Of a stretch of DNA of 36,546 nt, positions 28,510 through 36,546 are shown piece by piece. This DNA is from Rhodospirillales bacterium. Lineage in GTDB: Bacteria > Pseudomonadota > Alphaproteobacteria > Rhodospirillales > JASLQF01. Below the pieces are notes generated by a model. That model saw nothing but the letters and a program-made list of their open reading frames with translations, searched no databases and was not told the origin of the DNA. Made by a program: the position numbers and the translations under genes. Numbering within the stretch: position 1 is the stretch's first letter; each line of letters opens with the position of its first letter. The stretch spans positions 1-36,546 of the forward strand of contig DASCNF010000235.1 of NCBI GenBank assembly GCA_036011345.1, in the 5' to 3' direction.

Positions 28510-31280
28510 GCGGCGACGCGGCAACCGAGGCCCACACGGGCTCCATCGCCTTCACGGTCAACGGACGACCCGTCGCGGTCGCGGCTGCGCCGATCACGCG
28601 GCTGGCCGACGTGCTGCGCGACGAGCTCGGGCTGACCGGCACCAAGATCGGCTGCAACGCCGGTGACTGCGGGGCGTGCACGGTGCTCCTGGACGGCCGC
28701 CAGGTGTGCGCCTGCATGGTCGCCGTCGGGCAGGCAGAGGGACGCGCCGTGACCACAGTTGAAGGACTCACCGAGGGACTCGCAGAAGGCACCGAACTCA
28801 ACGCGCTGCAGGCCGCATTCCGCCGCCACGGCGCCGCCCAATGCGGCATCTGCACGCCGGGCATGCTGATGGCCGCCACCGATCTCCTGGCGCGCCACCC
28901 GACGCCCGACAGGGCCCAGGTGATGGATGCCCTGGGCGGCGTGCTGTGCCGATGCACCGGCTATATCAAGATCGTCGAGGCGGTGCTCGACGCCGCCGGT
29001 GCCGACAACACCGTCGAGCCGGCGGCGGGTGCCGCCGTCGGCGCATCCATCTCGCGCATCGACGCCCTCGCCAAGCTGACCGGCACCGACCCGTTCGCCG
29101 CCGACGCCATACCCGCCGACGCCCTGTGGCTGCGTGTCGTGCGCTCACCCCACGCCCGGGCGCGCTTCGCCGTCGGCGACCTGGAACCCTTCTTGGCGGC
29201 GCATCCGGGGCTGGTGCGCGTGATGACCGCCGAAGACATCCCCTTCAACGGCCACGGCATCAACCCCGCCATCAAGGATCAGCCGGTGCTCGCCGACGGC
29301 GTCGTGCGCTACCGCGGCGAGGCGGTAGTGGCGCTGGTCGGCGAACGAACCGCCATCGCCGCCATCCGCGACGAGGAACTGCCCATCCACTACGAGCCGG
29401 ACGAGGCCGTCACCGACGTGGCGGCGGCCATGAAGGAGGACGCGACCCTGGTCCAGGAAGACAAGTCCGGCAACTTGCTCATCGAGGGCTACGTGACCAG
29501 GGGCGACACCGAGGGCGCGCTCGGGCAGTGCGCGGCGGTGGCCGAGGGCGATTTCGAGACCGCCTACGTCGAGCACGCCTACATCGAGATCGAGGCGGGC
29601 TGGGCGCGCCGCATCGGCGAACGCCTCGAGCTGCACGTCACCACCCAGGCCCCCTACATGAACCTCGAAGAAGTTGCCAACATTCTGCGGATCTCCGAGG
29701 ACCGCGTACGCATCGTGCCCACCGCGTGCGGCGGCGGTTTCGGCGGCAAGCTCGACGTCCACCTGCATGGCGTGCTGGCGGTGGCGGCCATGGCCGCCGA
29801 GCGCCCGGTGGCGGCGGTCTACGACCGCCCCGAGAGCATGGCGTCGTCGACCAAGCGCCATCCATCGACGATCCACGCGCGCCTGGGCTGCGACCGCTTC
29901 GGCATCCTGCAGGCGATGGAAATGGAGGCCGACTTCAACACCGGCGCCTACGCTTCCTTCGGCCCGACGGTGGCGAGCCGGGTGCCGGTGCACGCCTCCG
30001 GCCCCTACAAGATTCCCAATCAGCGCGCCAGGGGCCAGGCCATCCTCACCAACGGCCCGCCGGCCGGCGCCTTCCGCGGCTTCGGCGTGCCCCAGGCCGC
30101 CATCGCCCACGAGACCCTGATCGACGACCTGGCGGAGAAGCTCGGCATCGACCGCCTGGAACTGCGCCTCAGGAACGCGCTGCGCCACGGCGATACCATC
30201 GGCACCGGCCAGGTGCTGGAAGCCAGCGTCGGCATGGCCCCCTGCCTGGAGGCCCTCGAGCCGGGCTGGGAGGCGGCCCTGCAAGAGGCGGCGGCGTTTA
30301 ACTCCAAGAGCAGCGGGGCGGTGCGCCTGGGCGTCGGCGTCGGCACCATGTGGTACGGCATCGGCCAGACCGGGCTGCCCAACCCGTCGGCCATGCATGT
30401 GGTGCTGAACAACGACGGCACCATCACGCTGTTCAACGGCGCCGTCGACCTCGGCCAGGGCTCGACCACCGTCATCGTCCAGATCTGCGCCGACGCCATC
30501 GGCGTGCCGGTCGAAAGCATCGGGCTGGTCATCGGCGACACCGACTGCACCAGGGACGCCGGCAAGAGCTCGGCGTCACGCCAGACCTTCATCTCGGGCA
30601 AGGCGGCGCAAATCGCCGGCGACGACCTGCGCAGGAAGATCCTGGCCCGCGTCAACGCCGGCGCGGACTCGCGGATCAAGATCGATGGCGCGGTGGTCAA
30701 GGTGGACGACGGTGGCGCGACCCACGAGATCGACTTGAGTTCCCTGCCCGCCACCGGCGACGACGACGGCGAGGTGCTGAGGGGCGAGGGCTTCTTCGAC
30801 CCGCCGACCACCGCACTCGACGACAACGGACAGGGCATTCCCTACGCCACCTACGGCTTCGCCGCGCAAATGGCGGTGGTCGAGGCGGACACCGCGCTGG
30901 GCACCGTAAAAGTCCTGAAAATCATCGCCGCCCACGATGTCGGACGCTCGATCAATCCCCAGCAGGTAGTCGGGCAGATCCACGGCGGCACCGCCCAGGG
31001 CCTCGGCCTGGCACTCTTGGAAGAATATATTCCGGGCCGCACCGAGAACCTGCACGACTACCTCATCCCCACCTTCGGCGACATGCCGGAGATGGAGGTC
31101 ATCCTCGTCGAGGACCCGGAGCCGCTTGGGCCTTATGGCGCCAAGGGGGTCGGCGAGCCCGGCCTGATCGCCACCGCGCCGGCCATCCTGGGCGCCATCC
31201 GCCACGCCACCGGGGCGCGGCTCACCCGCGTCCCGGTACTGCCGCACCGCCTGCGCGCCGCCATCCTCGAACGGGCTTGA
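28506..31280 (+). CDS. Xanthine dehydrogenase/aldehyde oxidoreductase family molybdoprotein with fused N-terminal 2x[2Fe-2S] domain
   Basis: GCNAGDCGAC, QCGICTPG, LCRCTGY iron-sulfur motifs; GGGFGGK, AFRGFGVPQ, DLGQG, AKGVGE Moco-domain motifs; ATGA overlap with the FAD subunit. Confidence 0.95.
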   Translation: MSGDAATEAHTGSIAFTVNGRPVAVAAAPITRLADVLRDELGLTGTKIGCNAGDCGACTVLLDGRQVCACMVAVGQAEGRAVTTVEGLTEGLAEGTELNALQAAFRRHGAAQCGICTPGMLMAATDLLARHPTPDRAQVMDALGGVLCRCTGYIKIVEAVLDAAGADNTVEPAAGAAVGASISRIDALAKLTGTDPFAADAIPADALWLRVVRSPHARARFAVGDLEPFLAAHPGLVRVMTAEDIPFNGHGINPAIKDQPVLADGVVRYRGEAVVALVGERTAIAAIRDEELPIHYEPDEAVTDVAAAMKEDATLVQEDKSGNLLIEGYVTRGDTEGALGQCAAVAEGDFETAYVEHAYIEIEAGWARRIGERLELHVTTQAPYMNLEEVANILRISEDRVRIVPTACGGGFGGKLDVHLHGVLAVAAMAAERPVAAVYDRPESMASSTKRHPSTIHARLGCDRFGILQAMEMEADFNTGAYASFGPTVASRVPVHASGPYKIPNQRARGQAILTNGPPAGAFRGFGVPQAAIAHETLIDDLAEKLGIDRLELRLRNALRHGDTIGTGQVLEASVGMAPCLEALEPGWEAALQEAAAFNSKSSGAVRLGVGVGTMWYGIGQTGLPNPSAMHVVLNNDGTITLFNGAVDLGQGSTTVIVQICADAIGVPVESIGLVIGDTDCTRDAGKSSASRQTFISGKAAQIAGDDLRRKILARVNAGADSRIKIDGAVVKVDDGGATHEIDLSSLPATGDDDGEVLRGEGFFDPPTTALDDNGQGIPYATYGFAAQMAVVEADTALGTVKVLKIIAAHDVGRSINPQQVVGQIHGGTAQGLGLALLEEYIPGRTENLHDYLIPTFGDMPEMEVILVEDPEPLGPYGAKGVGEPGLIATAPAILGAIRHATGARLTRVPVLPHRLRAAILERA

Positions 31281-31441
31281 GAGTCCGGCCGATAATGTAT
31301 TGTGTGTTTTCAAAGCCTTGTGTTCGTGCCCCCGGTAGGAGAGGCGGCCGCCGTGATGCTGGAGCATCACAAGGGCGCCTCGACGCATCGGGGCGCGAAC
31401 ACAAGGCTTTGAAAACACACAATACATTATCGGCCGGACTC
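31281..31441. mobile_element. MITE-like palindromic element, 161 bp
   Basis: 46-bp perfect terminal inverted repeats (31281-31326 / 31396-31441), internal hairpin GTGATGCT-GG-AGCATCAC, flanked by TGA on both sides (31278-31280, 31442-31444). Confidence 0.8.
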
Positions 31442-31458
31442 TGAAGGAAGCCTGGCGG

Positions 31459-33084
31459 TTGCCCCAACCACCCGCAACGCCCGAAGACATCCTCATCCAG
31501 GGCGCACTGGTCATCGACGGCACAGGGGCACCGGGGCACCGCACGGACGTGGCGCTCAGGGACGGGCGTATCGCCGCCGTCGGCGACGACATCACGGCGG
31601 GCGGAGCACGCGTCATCGAGGCCAGGGGCCTGGTCGTAGCGCCCGGCTTCATCGACATCAAGACCCATTCCGACTTCACCCTGCCCCTCATGCCCCAGGC
31701 CGAGAGCAAGGTACGCCAGGGAGTGACCACCGAGGTCATCGGCCATTGCGGGTTCTCGGTGGCGCCGGCCCTGCCCGGCAAGGCCGAGGCGCTGGCCCGC
31801 TACCTGGGGCCGAGCGCCCCGTGGCTCGATTTCCGGGAGACCTCGTTCGCCGAGTACGCGGCGGGTTATCCGCCGACCTCGGTCAACGTCGCCATGCTGG
31901 TCGGCCACAACACGCTCAGGCTGATGGCCATGGACATGGAGGACCGGCCACCCGAGGCGGCCGAGCTCGACCACATGAAAGAGCTGCTCGCCGAAGCCCT
32001 GGCGGCGGGGGCGCTGGGCCTGTCGTCGGGCCTGTTCACGGCGCCCGGGTCTTATGCCGGGGGTGAGGAACTGGTCGAACTCGGCCACCTCCTGAAGCGA
32101 CACGGGGGACGCTACTTCACCCACCTGCGCGACGAATCGAACGGCGTCTTCGACGCCTTCGCCGAGGCCGCCGAGTTCGGCGCGCGAACCGGCGTCCACG
32201 TGCAGATCGTGCACATGAAGCTTTCCGGCACCGACAACTGGGGCGGCGCCGGGCGTCTGCTCAAGGCCTTGGCGGCGGCGCGACGGCGCGGCGGCGCCAT
32301 CGACTGCGACGCCTACCCCTACACGGCGGCCAGCAATCCGCTGGTCAACCTGCTGCCGGCCTGGCTGCAGGAGGGCGGCGTCGACGCCATGCTCGCGCGC
32401 CTCGGCGAAAAGGACGTACGGGCCCGCCTGGCCGAACACGTCGAGGCGCACGGCCTCAACAACTTCGGGCGCATCCCATCGTGGGACGCGGTGCGCGTCT
32501 CCATCTCGCCGAACCTGCCCGGGAACGCCGGGCGCACCATCGCCGACATGGCGCGCCAAGGGGGCACCGAGCCCTTCGCCGCGGCCCTCGACTACATCGT
32601 CGCCGACCGCGGCCAGACCCGGGTGCTGGTGACATCGATGTCCGAGGACGACGTCGGCGCCTTCGTCGCCTCGCCCGACGTTCTGGTCGGCTCCGACGGC
32701 AATTCCGTGGCCCCTGACGGCGTCACCGGCCAGGGACGGCCCCATCCTCGTTTCTACGGAACCTTCGCGCGCATCCTCGGCCACTACGTGCGCGACCTCG
32801 GGCTCTTGTCCCTGGAGGACGCCATCCGCAAGATGACCGGCGCCACGGCAACCGCGCTCGGCATCGCCGATCGCGGCGTGCTCGGCGTTGGCACCCGCGC
32901 CGACGTGACCATATTCGATGCCGCCAGGATCGCCGAGCGCGCCACCTACGAGGACCCGCACCGCTACGCCGAAGGCATTTCCACGGTCATCGTCAACGGC
33001 CAGCCGGTGTTCGAGGACGGCGCCCACACCGGCGCCCTGCCCGGCCACGTGCTCGGTCGCGACCCGGCGGCGGATGCGCCGTGA
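31459..33084 (+). CDS. N-acyl-D-amino-acid deacylase (D-aminoacylase) family amidohydrolase
   Basis: VIDGTGAP, APGFIDIKTHSD, QGVTTEVIGHCG, HLRDE, AYPYTA, GSDG, HPRFYGTF; TTG start. Confidence 0.9.
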   Translation: MPQPPATPEDILIQGALVIDGTGAPGHRTDVALRDGRIAAVGDDITAGGARVIEARGLVVAPGFIDIKTHSDFTLPLMPQAESKVRQGVTTEVIGHCGFSVAPALPGKAEALARYLGPSAPWLDFRETSFAEYAAGYPPTSVNVAMLVGHNTLRLMAMDMEDRPPEAAELDHMKELLAEALAAGALGLSSGLFTAPGSYAGGEELVELGHLLKRHGGRYFTHLRDESNGVFDAFAEAAEFGARTGVHVQIVHMKLSGTDNWGGAGRLLKALAAARRRGGAIDCDAYPYTAASNPLVNLLPAWLQEGGVDAMLARLGEKDVRARLAEHVEAHGLNNFGRIPSWDAVRVSISPNLPGNAGRTIADMARQGGTEPFAAALDYIVADRGQTRVLVTSMSEDDVGAFVASPDVLVGSDGNSVAPDGVTGQGRPHPRFYGTFARILGHYVRDLGLLSLEDAIRKMTGATATALGIADRGVLGVGTRADVTIFDAARIAERATYEDPHRYAEGISTVIVNGQPVFEDGAHTGALPGHVLGRDPAADAP

Positions 33085-33674
33085 GGCGGGGCCTCCTCGC
33101 CGCCGGCCTGATGCTGGGGCTCGTTCTCGGGAGCTGGGGAAGGCCGGCGCCGGGCGGCGACGATCCCCCTTCCTTTGACGGGATCGACAACCAGTTCATA
33201 GAGCTTCGCCCGTTGGAAAAGCCGCCGCTCGCGCCGATCACCAGGGGGGACGGGCGCACCGTCGATCTCGGCGATTTCCGGGGCCGGGTCGTGCTGTTGA
33301 ACATCTGAGCCACCTGGTGCGAACCCTGCGTCTGGGAGATGCCCGCCCTCGATCGGCTGCAGGGGGCGCTTGGGCAGAACCGCTTCGAGGTCGTGGCCCT
33401 TTCCATCGACCGCGACGGCATGGCTGCCGTGGTTCCGTTCTTTCGCCGGTACGGTCTCAAGCACCTGGGGATGTACCTTGATCCCAGACGGCGCACGGCC
33501 TACACCAATGCCGCCAACCCGAACGGCGCCGCCTTTCCCTTCTACGGCCTGTCGATTACTTATCTGATCGACCGCCAGGGCCGGGTCGCGGGCTACGTGA
33601 CGGGCCCCGCCGAATAGGATTCAAAGGACGCCAAACGACTCATCCGGCACTACATCGAGCACCCAGAAGACTGA
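33081..33674 (+). pseudogene. TlpA/ResA-type thiol-disulfide oxidoreductase with two in-frame stops
   Basis: Single frame reads VVLLNI*ATWCEPCVWEMPALDRLQ...GPAE*DSKDAKRLI; TGA at 33306-33308 and TAG at 33615-33617 both fall on conserved Trp positions (NFWATWC, GPAEWD). Confidence 0.85.
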
Positions 33675-33700
33675 GCGCTTGGCGGCCCCTGGAGTGGCCC

Positions 33701-34621
33701 CTACTCGGCGGCCTCGGCGGCGCCCTCGAGCATGCCGAAATCGCGCAGAATTTTTTCAAGCTGAGCGTGGTCCTCGCCCTCCAGCATGCGCAACGGCTTG
33801 CGGGGCGGTCCCATGTCGAGGCCGAGGATGTCGAGGCCGGTGTGGGCGACGCGCACGTGGCTTTTGTCGCACAGGAACCTCAAGAGCGGATAAAACTGGT
33901 CGAAGTATTGCCTGGCCGCCACCACGTCCTTCTTGTCAACCGCCAGGTCGAAGAGCTTGACGCACTGCGCCGGGCTTAAGGCACCCATGCCGCCGAACCA
34001 ACCGTCGGCACCCGCCGAAAAGTGTTCGAGCGCCATGGAATCCCAGCCGCAGAACACGGTCATGACGTCGCCGGTGAGTTTCCGGATCTCGGTGACCCGG
34101 GTCAGATCCGCCGAGCTTTCCTTGCAATAGCGGACGTTGTCGAAGTCCTCGGTCAGCTTGGCCAAGGTTTCCGGCATGATGTCGGTGCCCGTCGTCCACG
34201 GGTTGTTGTAGACGCAGATGGGGATGCTGATGGCCTCGGAGATGGCGGCGTAATGAGCGTATACCTCGTCTGGCGTCAACGGCCAGTAGGTGATGGGCAC
34301 GACGATGACGCCATCGGCGCCAACGCTTTCGGCATGTTTCGACAGACGCACCGCCGCAGTTGTCGTCATGGCGCCGGTTCCCGCTATCACGGGGACGCGG
34401 CCTCCCGTGTGCTCGACCGACACCTCGACGACCTGGCGGCTCTCATCCTCGCTCAAGGAACCGATCGAGCCTGTACTGCCGATGACCGCCATGCCGTGCA
34501 CGCCCTGGCCGATCTGGTAATCCAGGTAGCGGCGCAGGCGATCGAGATCGATGGACTCGCCGTCGTCGGTGGTCGGGGTCGCGTTGAACGCAAAGAAACC
34601 CCTGAATTTCTTGGCTGTCAT
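33701..34621 (-). CDS. Dihydrodipicolinate synthase (DapA/NAL) family aldolase/lyase, paralogue 2
   Basis: 306 aa from ATG 34621 (GGAGG RBS); GSTG, VVPITYW, VYNNP, CKES. Confidence 0.9.
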   Translation of the reverse strand: MTAKKFRGFFAFNATPTTDDGESIDLDRLRRYLDYQIGQGVHGMAVIGSTGSIGSLSEDESRQVVEVSVEHTGGRVPVIAGTGAMTTTAAVRLSKHAESVGADGVIVVPITYWPLTPDEVYAHYAAISEAISIPICVYNNPWTTGTDIMPETLAKLTEDFDNVRYCKESSADLTRVTEIRKLTGDVMTVFCGWDSMALEHFSAGADGWFGGMGALSPAQCVKLFDLAVDKKDVVAARQYFDQFYPLLRFLCDKSHVRVAHTGLDILGLDMGPPRKPLRMLEGEDHAQLEKILRDFGMLEGAAEAAE

Positions 34622-34693
34622 CACCTTCCTCCCCTTGCTTGCTTTCTGAGACATCACATGTTCGCACTTCGCCGGCCAAGAAAAAAGAAGCGG

Positions 34694-35407
34694 CTACGCG
34701 GCCTCGGCGCGGTGGGCGGCGACCAGGGCCTTCATGGTATGGAAGCGGAAATCTGGCGTCGCCTCGGGGGCGGGAGTGGTGCTGCTCTCACCGGCCGTCC
34801 CGTGGCGGTCGATCCAGCACGAGACGAGACCCAGTTCCTTGGCCGGCCCGTGATCGTGATAGAGGCTTTGCGCCGTATGCAGGATGTCCGCCTTGGCGAC
34901 GCCCATGGCGCCCAGCTTGTCCAGCATGTAGTGGAAATTCCCGAGATCCGGCTTGTAGGAGCCGATGTCTTCGGCGGTGAAGACGGCGTCGAAGGCGACG
35001 CCCAACTTTTCGTTGGAACGGACGAAGGAGGCGCGGTCAATGTTCGACAGGATCACCAGCTTGTAGTGCTCCTTGAGATAGGCCAACGCCACGGGACTAT
35101 CGGGAAAGGTCGGCCACTCACCGACCGAGGCACCGAAGGCCCGGGCATCGGCGTCCGACACCGCGACTCCAAAATCGGCGGCCATACCGCGCAGGGTCTC
35201 GGCCAGGATTTGCGGGTAAAGCATGGCCGGATTTACCTCCTGCACCCGATGTTCGTTGCGGTTGAAGGCGTCGAACAGGGCGGCCGGTGCGGCGTCCAGG
35301 CGGCTCGCCTCGGCCCAGGCACCGAGAGCCGTGCCCATTCCCGCCTCCCAATCGATGAGGGTGCCGTAGCAGTCGAAGGTAAGGGTCGTGAAGTCGCTGA
35401 GCTTCAT
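34694..35407 (-). CDS. HAD superfamily hydrolase (haloacid dehalogenase type II-like)
   Basis: FDCYGTLIDWE motif I, LSNID, GSYKP, HTAQSLYHDH; GGAGG RBS. Confidence 0.92.
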   Translation of the reverse strand: MKLSDFTTLTFDCYGTLIDWEAGMGTALGAWAEASRLDAAPAALFDAFNRNEHRVQEVNPAMLYPQILAETLRGMAADFGVAVSDADARAFGASVGEWPTFPDSPVALAYLKEHYKLVILSNIDRASFVRSNEKLGVAFDAVFTAEDIGSYKPDLGNFHYMLDKLGAMGVAKADILHTAQSLYHDHGPAKELGLVSCWIDRHGTAGESSTTPAPEATPDFRFHTMKALVAAHRAEAA

Positions 35408-35537
35408 TGGACCTCCGCCACGATGGGTGGGACCGACGTTCTTCCGGCGTTGCAATACTAGCATGCTCGGACGGGGGGGGGCTTGTTGCCCTGTTTTGGC
35501 CCGCGTGACCGGCTCGTGCATATGCCAGTGTCCTGGC

Positions 35538-36257
35538 TCAGAACTTCTCCCGCCACGGCCTGAGGTCAACTTCGTGGCTCCAGGCGCTACGATGTTGAGC
35601 ATGGGTCCGATAGTAGGCCTCGGCGATGGCGTCGGGCGACAGCAGGCCGTCAGCGGCGGCGCGCTCGGGCGCCCTCTGGCGGGTGCGTTCGTTGTCGATT
35701 CCGCCGTCGATCACGAAGTGGGCGACGTGGATACCCAGCGGCCCCAGCTCGCGCGCCATGCTCTGGGCCAACGCCCGCAGACCGAACTTGCTGGCGGCGA
35801 AGGCGGCAAAACCGTTGCCGCCGCGCAGACTGGCCGTGGCGCCGGTGAAGAGGATCGAGCCCCGGCCCCGCGCAACCATGCACCGCGCCGCTTCGCGGCC
35901 GACGATCATGGCGCCCAGGCAGGACACCCGCCACGCCCCCTCGAACTCGGCGCTTTCCATGTTGAGAATACTTTTGACGACGCGCTGGCTGGCGTTGTAG
36001 ATGGCCACCTCGAGGGGCCCCAGATCGGCTTCCACTTGCTCCATGAGTTGCACCACCGCCGACTCGTCGGTGCCGTCCACCACGTAGACGCGGGCGGTTC
36101 CGCCGGACGCCTCGATGCCCTCGGCAATGGGCGCCAGCTTGCCGGCGTCGCGCGCCGCCATGGCGACCTTGTGCCCGGCCTCAGCGAAACGGCGGCACAG
36201 GGACGCCCCCAGGCCGGACCCCACGCCCATGACCAGCACGCTCCCGGGCTCCTTCAT
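35538..36257 (-). CDS. Short-chain dehydrogenase/reductase
   Basis: GVGSGLG, YNA, FTGATASLRG, FAASKFGLRALAQSMARELGP, HFVIDG. Confidence 0.92.
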   Translation of the reverse strand: MKEPGSVLVMGVGSGLGASLCRRFAEAGHKVAMAARDAGKLAPIAEGIEASGGTARVYVVDGTDESAVVQLMEQVEADLGPLEVAIYNASQRVVKSILNMESAEFEGAWRVSCLGAMIVGREAARCMVARGRGSILFTGATASLRGGNGFAAFAASKFGLRALAQSMARELGPLGIHVAHFVIDGGIDNERTRQRAPERAAADGLLSPDAIAEAYYRTHAQHRSAWSHEVDLRPWREKF

Positions 36258-36422
36258 CGGCTCTTTTCTTTCCCGTACCTGAACGACGGCTCCGGCGGAC
36301 GCCGTCGCCAGCCTTCCCAGGGTCGATGAACGGGGCACTTGGCGTCAAGTCTCGTGACGGGTGGTATGGACATTGGGCGCCGGAAAGGTATTGATTGCCG
36401 GCAGATCGGGAGGCGCGTCGGG

Positions 36423-36546
36423 ATGGACGTTCGGCACTACGACTGGTTGGCATTTCACGCCGGGCGGACACCCGGCAAACTGGCGCTCGTCGACCTCGAA
36501 TCGGGCCGCCGGTTCACCTATGGCGAGTTCAACGGGCGGGCCGGGC
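36423..36546 (+). CDS. Acyl-CoA synthetase (AMP-binding) N-terminus; runs off the window
   Basis: Manual translation: MDVRHYDWLAFHAGRTPGKLALVDLESGRRFTYGEFNGRAG, a typical start for an adenylate-forming ligase. Confidence 0.75.
   Translation, partial: MDVRHYDWLAFHAGRTPGKLALVDLESGRRFTYGEFNGRAG

Noticed and set aside
31281-31441. Repeat as CRISPR array or simple terminator
   Set aside because: Only one inverted pair, no direct repeat-spacer series, no cas genes; arms far longer than a terminator and no U tract.
33306-33308. In-frame TGA near a CxxC motif as selenocysteine
   Set aside because: The TGA aligns with the Trp of NFWATWC, not with a Cys; both active-site Cys are normal TGC codons, and a second stop (TAG) lies downstream.
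35790-35830. SDR with Phe in place of the catalytic Tyr (FAAFAASK)
   Set aside because: This FxxxK variant is, from memory, common in this SDR subfamily, so it is not treated as novel.

Overview
GC-rich window that reads as an alphaproteobacterial (Rhodospirillales-like, inferred from gene content and style) chromosome segment dominated by catabolic genes. It carries a ThDP enzyme, a proline-racemase-family dehydratase, two DapA-like paralogues, a beta-oxidation trio (CoA ligase, FadB/PimF-like, thiolase), zur-znuCB/znuA with Zur boxes, an AceE-like E1 with a divergent Lrp regulator, an enolase-superfamily/opine dehydrogenase/M24 operon, a YeeE pair, a xanthine-dehydrogenase-family molybdoenzyme, a D-aminoacylase-like amidohydrolase, HAD and SDR enzymes, several pseudogenes and two palindromic miniature elements. 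The most notable unannotated signals are: (1) four FNR-type boxes (TTGAY-N4-RTCAA) in a window encoding an FNR-type regulator; (2) one of these boxes sits in class II promoter geometry ahead of a ~115-nt structured unit with anti-Shine-Dalgarno motifs and its own terminator, a candidate anaerobically induced sRNA; (3) an uninterrupted MurD-fold ORF with essentially every catalytic motif altered; (4) an opine-type catabolic operon whose enzymes have atypical active-site residues. All family calls come from motif recognition by eye; no database search was run.
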